Below the pieces are notes generated by a model. It ran no database searches, was not told the origin of the DNA, and saw only the letters and a list, made by a program, of their open reading frames with translations. This document shows, one piece after another, positions 26,127-32,000 of a stretch of DNA of 32,000 nt. The stretch comes from Pseudomonas aeruginosa (GTDB lineage: Bacteria; Pseudomonadota; Gammaproteobacteria; Pseudomonadales; Pseudomonadaceae): NCBI RefSeq assembly GCF_001457615.1, contig NZ_LN831024.1:1650001-1682000 (forward strand), in the 5' to 3' direction. Within the stretch, counting starts at the first letter, position 1, and each line of letters opens with the position of its first letter. A program made the position numbers and the translations under genes.

Positions 26127-26406
26127 CTATCGGCCAGCGTGCCTTGCCTTGGGTCATCGCCTGCAACAGTTGCGGCGCGCTGGTGCCGTTTTCGATGGCG
26201 ATGCCGAAGCGGATGCTCTCGATCATCCGCTGCAACTGTTCCAGGTCATGCAGTTGCGCCGGTCGGATCAGGCGCTTGGCGGCGACCCCGCGTTCGTTGG
26301 AGAGGGTGAGGACGATGCTGCCGTCCGGCCGCTCCAGGCTGAGGTTGACCCGGTACTCGGCCTGGAAGGCCTCGGTGAGGAGCTGGAAAGGGCTGCTGTC
26401 GGTCAT
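26119..26406 (-). CDS. Small conserved hypothetical cytoplasmic protein (95 aa)
   Basis: ATG 26406 is preceded by AGGTGG at about 6 nt. The product is MTDSSPFQLLTEAFQAEYRVNLSLERPDGSIVLTLSNERG.... There is no signal peptide or TM segment, and the codon bias looks like coding sequence. The 3' end overlaps the hasF 3' end by 8 nt (convergent). I cannot name the family with confidence. Confidence 0.55.
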   Translation of the reverse strand: MTDSSPFQLLTEAFQAEYRVNLSLERPDGSIVLTLSNERGVAAKRLIRPAQLHDLEQLQRMIESIRFGIAIENGTSAPQLLQAMTQGKARWPIAI

Positions 26407-26580
26407 GGTGGACCACCTGAATGCTGTCGTGCTGGTTGGGACTGGGTACCGCCCGGAAAGTTCTTTGTCACCGCCGGGCTGTACCCTGCGCCGACGTGCG
26501 GACGTCTATCTGCGCACGTGCCTTGGCCTGGGCCTTGCACGCTTCGGGCCAGGTGGCCGTCGTCTTTGTCGGGAGAGGCT

Positions 26581-27066
26581 ATGAAACAGAATTGGGCCGA
26601 GCGCCTGCGCGCAAGCATGCACCACCAGGCGGAGAGCCTCGGCAACCTGCTGGTGGAGGCCTTCCACTACCTGGCCCTGTTCGCCATCGGCGCCACGGTG
26701 TTCTGGGCGGCGGGCGCGGCTTTCCTGGGGATGGTGAACAAGGGGCATGCGTCGATCGACGACATCCTCCTGCTGTTCATCTACCTCGAGTTGGGCGCGA
26801 TGGTCGGTATCTACTTCAAGACCAACCACATGCCGGTGCGCTTCCTGATCTACGTGGCGATGACCGCGCTGACCCGCCTGATGATCGCCGACATCCAGCA
26901 CAACCATACGCCGGACGATGGCATCATCCTGGTCTCGGTGGCGTTGCTGCTGCTGGCGCTGGCGATCCTGGTGGTGCGCTTCGCCTCGGCGCGCTTCCCT
27001 TCGGCGAAGTCCGACGGCGCCGCCGCGCGGCGGGTGGCGAGCGAGGACGCCGAAGGGGAAGCCTGA
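26581..27066 (+). CDS. psiE: PsiE-family (phosphate-starvation-inducible protein E-like) inner-membrane protein
   Basis: ATG 26581, inside track ORF 26149..27066, has a GGGAGAGG RBS. The core IDDILLLFIYLELGAMVGIYFKTNHMPVRFLIYVAMTALTRLMIAD parallels E. coli PsiE (...[41 protein letters not shown]). Four TM segments are present. Confidence 0.75.
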   Translation: MKQNWAERLRASMHHQAESLGNLLVEAFHYLALFAIGATVFWAAGAAFLGMVNKGHASIDDILLLFIYLELGAMVGIYFKTNHMPVRFLIYVAMTALTRLMIADIQHNHTPDDGIILVSVALLLLALAILVVRFASARFPSAKSDGAAARRVASEDAEGEA

Positions 27067-27074
27067 TTCGTCGC

Positions 27075-27099
27075 CGCGCCGGAGCCGGTCTCCGGCGCG
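27075..27099 (+). terminator. Stem-loop after the psiE-family gene
   Basis: CGCGCCGGAG (27075-27084), loop CCGGT, CTCCGGCGCG (27090-27099). This is a perfect 10-bp stem starting 9 nt after the stop. It is followed only by CTTCC, a weak U tract. Confidence 0.45.
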
Positions 27100-27166
27100 C
27101 TTCCGGCCAGCGCAACGGCCTGGCAATGTACTACCATCGCCCGGTCGTGTTCAGGAAGCCTGCCCC

Positions 27167-28138
27167 ATGAAGGGATGGAAACTCTTTACCCCGCTGCTGA
27201 TCCTCGCGATCGTCGCCATCACCCTCTACCTGCGCCTGCACAATCCGCCCCTGCTGTTGCAGGGCGAGGCGGACGCCACCAACGTCATCGTTTCCTCCAA
27301 GGCCAAGGGCCGGGTCCAGGTGCTGCACGTGCGGCGCGGCGACGAGGTGAAGCAGGGCGACCTGCTGATCAGCCTCGACAGCCCCGAGCTGGAAGCCCAG
27401 CTCGATGCCCTGCACGCGGCGCGCAACCAGGCCCAGGCGCAGCTCGATGAGTCGCTCCACGGTACTCGCGAGGAGAGCATCCGCGCGCTCAAGGCCAGCC
27501 TGGCACAGGCCGAGGCCGAGTTGCGCAACGCCGAGTCGGATTTCCAGCGCAACCAGCAGATGGTCGAGCGCGGCTTCCTCTCGCGGACCCAGTTCGACCT
27601 CTCGCGGCGTGAGCGCGATGTCGCCCGCGACCGCGTCGCCGAGGCGCGGGCCAATCTCGACGAAGGCCTCAAGGGCGACCGCGAGGAGCGCCGCCAGGCG
27701 TTGCAGGCCGCGGTGCGCCGGGCCGACGCGCAGATCGCCGAGCTACAGGCGCAGATCGACGACCTGCAGGTGCGCGCGCCGGTCAACGGCGAGGTCGGGC
27801 CGATCCCCGCCGAACAGGGCGAACTGATCAACGCCTACAGTCCGCTGCTGACGCTGGTGCGGCTGGACGACAGCTACTTCGTCTTCAACCTGCGCGAGGA
27901 CATCCTGGCCAAGGTGCGCAAGGGCGACCGCATCGTCATGCAGGTGCCCGGCCTGGGCGGCGCCGAGGTCGAGACCGAGCTGCGCTACATCGCCCCGCTG
28001 GGCGATTTCTCGACCAGGCGCGCGACCCGCGCCACCGGCGATTTCGACCTGAAGACCTTCGAGACCCGCTTCTACCCGTTGCAGCCGACACCCGGCCTGC
28101 GCCCGGGCATGAGCGCGCTGTGGCGCTGGACGAACTGA
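27167..28138 (+). CDS. HlyD-family periplasmic adaptor (YhiI/YbhG-like)
   Basis: ATG 27167, inside track ORF 26918..28138, has AGGAAG upstream. An N-terminal TM anchor (WKLFTPLLILAIVAITLYL) is followed by a biotinyl-lipoyl-like segment (VIVSSKAKGRVQVLHVRRGDEVKQGDLLISLDSPEL), a long coiled coil and a beta-barrel (LQVRAPVNGEV...). Confidence 0.85.
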   Translation: MKGWKLFTPLLILAIVAITLYLRLHNPPLLLQGEADATNVIVSSKAKGRVQVLHVRRGDEVKQGDLLISLDSPELEAQLDALHAARNQAQAQLDESLHGTREESIRALKASLAQAEAELRNAESDFQRNQQMVERGFLSRTQFDLSRRERDVARDRVAEARANLDEGLKGDREERRQALQAAVRRADAQIAELQAQIDDLQVRAPVNGEVGPIPAEQGELINAYSPLLTLVRLDDSYFVFNLREDILAKVRKGDRIVMQVPGLGGAEVETELRYIAPLGDFSTRRATRATGDFDLKTFETRFYPLQPTPGLRPGMSALWRWTN

Positions 28139-28141
28139 GCG

Positions 28142-29314
28142 ATGGCGTGGGCCGCGCTGAAGCGCAACGCCAGCCGTTTCGTCCAGGCGTTCAACACCGA
28201 GACGCGGATCGCCTGCCGCAGCTGGACCATCCACTGGCTCGGCTGGTGCTGGCCGCTGCTGCTGTTCGGCGTGATCAGCGGCGTCTACCAGGCCGGTACC
28301 CTGCTGGACATGCCGCTGGCGGTGGTCGACAAGGACCATAGCCAGCTGTCGCGCAAGCTGATCCGCGACCTCGACGCGACCTCCCACGCCCAGGTGATCA
28401 CCGTTCCCGCCGGCGTCCAGGAGGGGCTCGACGCGATCCGTCGGGCCGATGCCTACGCCTTGCTCTACATCCCGCCGGACTTCGAGGCCGACGTGCTCGG
28501 CGGGCGCGCGCCGAAGGCCGAGCTGTACTACAACGCGCTGCTGTATTCGGCCGGCTACGCCGCCACCCAGGACTTCTCGGCGCTGGTCGCCAGCCTCAAC
28601 GGCGAATTGCGTCCGCGCCTGGCCGCCGGGATGCCGGCGGCGCTGCCGCACCTGGCGAGCATCAGCGTGTCCTACGACAGCCTGTTCAATGCCAGCGGCA
28701 ACTACATCTATTACCAGCAGTTCGCCGCCATCGTGCACCTGCTACAGCTGTTCGTGATCGTCACCATGGTCCATGTGCTGGCCCGCGAGGCGCCGGAACT
28801 GCGCGCCTCCTCGCCGCACATCCTGCGGGCCAAGGCCCTCGGCGTACGCCTGGTGGGCAAACTGGCGCCCTACACGCTGCTGTTCACCGCGCTGCTGATG
28901 CTGGAAATCTTCCTGCTGGTGGCGTTCTCCGGCGCGCGCATCAACGGCAGCCCGCTGGCGATGCTGATGATCACGCTGTTCTACGTGATCGCCGCGCAGA
29001 GCGTCGGGCTGGTGCTGTTCGTCTTCACCGCCAACCGCTTCACCGCCTATTCGCTGGTGGGCATGCTGATCGGCGTCGCCCAGACCTACTCGGGAGTGCT
29101 GATCCCGGAACTGGCGATGCCGACCCTGGCGCGGGTGATCGCCGAGGCCGAGCCGCTGACCCACACCCTGCACGGCCTGTTCGACCAGTTCCTGCGCCAG
29201 GCGCCGCCCAGTTCGGCGCTCTACACCTGCGCCAAGCTGGCGCTGTACCCGCTGATCGCCTACATGATCGCCAAGATGCGCCTGCGCAGCCGCCTGGACC
29301 TGAGCCCGATATGA
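28142..29314 (+). CDS. ABC-2 type transporter permease (YhhJ/YbhS-like), no NBD
   Basis: 390-aa ORF starting 3 nt after the HlyD stop. The architecture is TM1 (WLGWCWPLLLFGVISGVY), then a periplasmic domain of about 150 aa beginning LDMPLAVVDKDHSQLSRKLIRDL, then five C-terminal TM segments. No Walker motifs are present. Confidence 0.85.
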   Translation: MAWAALKRNASRFVQAFNTETRIACRSWTIHWLGWCWPLLLFGVISGVYQAGTLLDMPLAVVDKDHSQLSRKLIRDLDATSHAQVITVPAGVQEGLDAIRRADAYALLYIPPDFEADVLGGRAPKAELYYNALLYSAGYAATQDFSALVASLNGELRPRLAAGMPAALPHLASISVSYDSLFNASGNYIYYQQFAAIVHLLQLFVIVTMVHVLAREAPELRASSPHILRAKALGVRLVGKLAPYTLLFTALLMLEIFLLVAFSGARINGSPLAMLMITLFYVIAAQSVGLVLFVFTANRFTAYSLVGMLIGVAQTYSGVLIPELAMPTLARVIAEAEPLTHTLHGLFDQFLRQAPPSSALYTCAKLALYPLIAYMIAKMRLRSRLDLSPI

Positions 29315-30444
29315 AGAACTACCTGCAGATCCTCCGGGAAACCCTGAAGGCCATGCTGTCCAAGCCGATGTGGCTGATGGTCGTGGCCTCGGTGTGCATC
29401 ACCTCGCTGCCGTACATGAACCACACCGCCCTCGACCTGCCGGTGGCGGTGGTCGACGAGGATCACAGCGACGTGTCGCGCGAGCTGGTCCGGCTGCTCG
29501 ATTCGGCGCCGAAGGTCGCCGTGGTCGGCTACGACAGCCTGCCGCAGGCCAAGCGCGACCTGGCCTGGCGCGAGCTGTACGCGATCATCGTGATCCCGCT
29601 GAACTTCGAGAAGCGCCTGCTGCGCGGCGAGGCGCTGGTGATCCCGTACTTCGGCGATGCCACCAACCGCATGGCCAACGGCCAGATCCAGCAGGACATC
29701 TCGGCGGTCTACAGCGCGCTGACCAACCGTTACAACGCCGCTCTGCTGGAACGCGAAGGCTTCACCGCGACCCAGGCGCAGGTGGTGCTGAGCCCGCTGG
29801 TAGGGCAATTGACCGACCTGTTCAACCCCGGCATCAGCTTCGCCGCGATCGTCCTTCCGGGGCTGCTGTCGCTGATCCTGCAACACAGCCTGCTGCTCGG
29901 CTGCACCCGCGGCAACATCATGCTGCGCGGCGGCACCCCGCGCTACATGCGCCAGCCGCTGTCGACCCGCTTCGGCCGCTACAGCGCGCAACTGCTGATC
30001 TGGTCCGTGCTGGCGATGCTCTTCTACGTGATCTGGCCGCACCTGCTGGGCTATCGCCAGTCGGCCTCGTTCTTCATGCTGCTGGGGATCGTCCTGCCGT
30101 TCCTAATCGCGGTGATCGCCCTCAGCGAGTTCATCGCCGAGCTGCTGCCCACCGAGGAATCGGTGTACCTGACCATGACCTTCATCACCCTGCCGCTGTT
30201 CTACATGGCCGGCTACAGCTGGCCGGAACAGGCCATGCCGGACTGGGTACGCTGGCTGGCCGACGCGATCCCCTCGACCTGGGCGATCCGCGCCATCGCC
30301 GAGATGAACCAGATGGACCTGCCGCTGCGCGAAGTCAGCGACCATGCCCTGGTGCTGCTGGGCATGGCCGCCACCTATGCGTTGCTGGGTACGCTGCTGT
30401 ACCAGTACCGCAACTGGCGCTGGGACAACGTCAAGGGTTGGTGA
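29311..30444 (+). CDS. ABC-2 type transporter permease (second paralogue), no NBD
   Basis: 377-aa ORF whose ATG overlaps the previous stop (ATGA). It has the same architecture, with LDLPVAVVDEDHSDVSRELVRLL after TM1 and five C-terminal TM segments. No Walker motifs are present. Confidence 0.85.
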   Translation: MKNYLQILRETLKAMLSKPMWLMVVASVCITSLPYMNHTALDLPVAVVDEDHSDVSRELVRLLDSAPKVAVVGYDSLPQAKRDLAWRELYAIIVIPLNFEKRLLRGEALVIPYFGDATNRMANGQIQQDISAVYSALTNRYNAALLEREGFTATQAQVVLSPLVGQLTDLFNPGISFAAIVLPGLLSLILQHSLLLGCTRGNIMLRGGTPRYMRQPLSTRFGRYSAQLLIWSVLAMLFYVIWPHLLGYRQSASFFMLLGIVLPFLIAVIALSEFIAELLPTEESVYLTMTFITLPLFYMAGYSWPEQAMPDWVRWLADAIPSTWAIRAIAEMNQMDLPLREVSDHALVLLGMAATYALLGTLLYQYRNWRWDNVKGW

Positions 30445-30497
30445 AGCGGCGCAAGGCCGGCCATACTCGGCTGGCGTTCGCACAGGGAGATGAAGGA

Positions 30498-30839
30498 ATG
30501 TTTCGTTCGGGGCTTTCTTTGCTGGTGCTTCTGGGGCTCGCCACGCTCGGCGGGTGCGGTTCCGTCAACACGCTGGTGCGCGACGACGCCAGCGCCGCCC
30601 ACGACTTGCGCCTGAAGGCGACCGCCTGCACCAGCCTGCCGCGGGTGTACAGCGGGGTCAGCTACACCTTCTGCCGGCTCAACGTGAAGACCGGGTCGCC
30701 GGTGGCGCCGGCGCAAGCCGACGGCATCCTCGAGGTGCTGGCCCTCGACTTCGCGCTGTCCGGGGTGATCGACACCCTCGCGCTGCCCTATACCTCGTAC
30801 CGCCAGTACCGCGACGGCAACCTGTCCCTGGCCAACTGA
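30498..30839 (+). CDS. YceK/YidQ-type (DUF1375) small lipoprotein
   Basis: ATG 30498 (tail of track ORF 29370..30839) has an AAGGA RBS. The lipobox is LLVLLGLATLGG|C. The C-terminal LDFALSGVIDTLALPYT matches the YceK-family D-x-P-x-S-x-x-x-D-T-x-x-L-P motif. Confidence 0.7.
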   Translation: MFRSGLSLLVLLGLATLGGCGSVNTLVRDDASAAHDLRLKATACTSLPRVYSGVSYTFCRLNVKTGSPVAPAQADGILEVLALDFALSGVIDTLALPYTSYRQYRDGNLSLAN

Positions 30840-30840
30840 G

Positions 30841-31767
30841 TCAGGGAATCAGCGGCAGCACGATCTCGTCGCTGCGGCTGATCCCGGCGGTCTCGCTGCG
30901 GCACAGGTCGAGGAACTCGCGCATGGTCGCAGTCTGGTACTTCTGCTTGTGCCAGATGAAGTAGAACTGCCGGCGCAGGTCCAGGCCGGGCGTTTCCACC
31001 GGCACCAGGCTGCCGCGGCGGAAAGCGTCGCGCAGGGCCAGGCGGGAAATGCAGCCGATGCCCAGGCCGGACTCCACGGCACGCTTGATCGCCTCGGTGT
31101 GCTCCAGCTCCAGGCGGATGTTCAGCGGCCGCGGGTGATGACGCATGGCCTGGTCGAAGGTCAGGCGGGTGCCGGAGCCCTGCTCGCGGAGGATCCAGGC
31201 CTCCCGCGTCAGCCGTTCCAGGTCGGCGCCGCCCCGCCGCGCCAGCGGATGCTGGGGGGCGCAGAACACCACCAGTTCGTCCTCCATCCAGGGTTGCACC
31301 TCGATGTCCGGATGCCGGCAGTCGCCCTCGATCAGGCCCAGGTCCAGCTCGTAGTGGGCGACCTGCTGCACCACCTGGGCGGTGTTGTGCACGTGCAGGC
31401 GCACCCGGCAGTCCGGCTGGCGCTGCATGAAGGCGCCGATCAGCAGCGTGGCCAGGTAGTTGCCGATGGTCAGGGTGGCGCCGAGGTCGAGGGAGCCGAA
31501 GGCGGTCTTGCCGTTGAGCAGGTTCTCGATTTCCTCGCCGCGGTCGAGCAGCGCCACCGCCTGCGGCAGCAGTTGGCGGCCGAGGGCATTGAGGGTCAGG
31601 CGCTTGCCGGCGCGGTCGAACAGCTTGCAGTCGAACTGCCGCTCCAGCTCGCCGAGCGAGGTGCTGGTCGCCGACTGCGACAGCGACAGCCCCTCGGCGG
31701 CGCGGGAGACGCTCTCCTGCTGGGCCACGGCGACGAACACCTCGAGCTGGCGGAGGGTGAATTTCAT
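30841..31767 (-). CDS. finR: LysR-family transcriptional regulator (probable FinR orthologue)
   Basis: 308-aa ORF with a GAGGAAG RBS. The N-terminal wHTH is MKFTLRQLEVFVAVAQQESVSRAAEGLSLSQSATSTSLGELERQF, followed by a C-terminal LysR substrate-binding domain. The finR symbol rests only on remembered PAO1 synteny (a LysR gene between the has-side cluster and fpr). fpr itself is not in this window. Confidence 0.8.
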   Translation of the reverse strand: MKFTLRQLEVFVAVAQQESVSRAAEGLSLSQSATSTSLGELERQFDCKLFDRAGKRLTLNALGRQLLPQAVALLDRGEEIENLLNGKTAFGSLDLGATLTIGNYLATLLIGAFMQRQPDCRVRLHVHNTAQVVQQVAHYELDLGLIEGDCRHPDIEVQPWMEDELVVFCAPQHPLARRGGADLERLTREAWILREQGSGTRLTFDQAMRHHPRPLNIRLELEHTEAIKRAVESGLGIGCISRLALRDAFRRGSLVPVETPGLDLRRQFYFIWHKQKYQTATMREFLDLCRSETAGISRSDEIVLPLIP

Positions 31768-31902
31768 CCAGGCTTCCTCGTCTAGAGCGAAAGGCCCCGC
31801 GACATTTTGCCGTTCCGTCGGCGGGGTTGGCTCGGTTATCCTTGCGCCCCGTCCGCGGGAGCGATGGGAGCCCTCGGCGGCCGGCGGCCGACCGATATCG
31901 TG

Positions 31903-31937
31903 TTATCCCATATCCATATTCTGGATAAGCATTATCC
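31903..31937. promoter_or_regulatory. Repeat-rich LysR-type operator candidate (ATC-N9-GAT core plus TTATCC/GGATAA repeats)
   Basis: TATCCA-TATTC-TGGATA (31911-31927) contains ATC-N9-GAT, which is T-N11-A. An outer inverted repeat is TTATCC (31903-31908) and GGATAA (31923-31928). Further TTATCC copies lie at 31932-31937 and 31836-31841. This AT-rich patch is 135-170 nt upstream of the LysR start, facing the next, unseen, divergent gene. Confidence 0.4.
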
Positions 31938-32000
31938 AGACAATTCATTTTGCGGATATTTTGGCAACCGATAAAATGCCGCGCAACTGCGTCACGTCTG

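Noticed and set aside
26466-26500. Pho box upstream of the psiE-family gene (TTGTCAC...GCTGTAC).
   Set aside because: The two TGTCA-like half-sites are 14 nt apart rather than the 11-nt periodicity of PhoB boxes, and the second half is poor. Nearby short inverted repeats (ACGTGCG-N12-CGCACGT) are unremarkable for GC-rich DNA.
31986-32000. ATG at 31986 (MPRNCVTS...) as the start of the divergent gene next to the LysR regulator.
   Set aside because: There is no Shine-Dalgarno and only 5 codons are visible. The sequence does not resemble the expected neighbouring gene product. It cannot be evaluated within this window.
1-32000. Search for mobile elements, CRISPR arrays, tRNA/rRNA genes, integrase remnants, or GC-skewed islands indicating horizontal acquisition or defence systems.
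   Set aside because: I found no direct-repeat/spacer periodicity, no cloverleaf-like or rRNA-like segments, no transposase or integrase-like ORFs, and no extended AT-rich block. The only AT-rich patches are short promoter regions at about 16210-16260, 17955-18050 and 31900-32000. The window looks like conserved core genome.

Overview
About two-thirds G+C by eye, with G/C-rich third codon positions. This is typical Pseudomonas aeruginosa core chromosome. Gene content and order match my memory of the PAO1 heme-assimilation (has) neighbourhood, roughly PA3398 to PA3425, read in reverse orientation. No database search was possible, so this synteny is from memory. Left to right: (1) an FAD oxidoreductase + cupin operon. 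(2) An AraC regulator with an NTF2/SnoaL-like sensor domain, divergent from a DUF1302/DUF1329 outer-membrane pair. (3) A MalT-like LuxR-family regulator. (4) A SirB1-like transglutaminase/TPR protein. (5) A leucine dehydrogenase + 2-oxoacid dehydrogenase E1alpha/E1beta/E2 cluster with no E3. (6) An SOS-box-controlled yebG operon that also encodes an exported protein and a DUF2809 membrane protein. (7) A DUF2790 periplasmic protein. (8) The complete Fur-controlled has locus, hasI-hasS-hasR-hasAp-hasD-hasE-hasF. (9) A small hypothetical gene and a PsiE-family gene. (10) A HlyD + two ABC-2 permeases + YceK-type lipoprotein cluster with no ATPase gene. (11) A LysR regulator, probably finR, with a repeat-rich upstream region. 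No tRNA, rRNA, CRISPR, IS or prophage signal was seen. The most notable sequence-level points are two apparent 1-nt deletions in short G/C runs. One splits the N-terminus of the MalT-like regulator near 6144. The other breaks E1alpha near 11448 and creates a 702-codon chimeric ORF running into E1beta. Other points are the ATPase-less HlyD/ABC-2 cluster, an exported protein inside an SOS operon, a CusR/CopR-type palindrome upstream of the DUF2790 gene, and heavily structured intercistronic regions around hasAp. Most long alternate-frame and antisense ORFs in the track are high-GC artefacts. I found no clearly novel multi-gene system such as a defence island. The least-understood modules are the DUF1302/DUF1329 pair and the ATPase-less transporter cluster.
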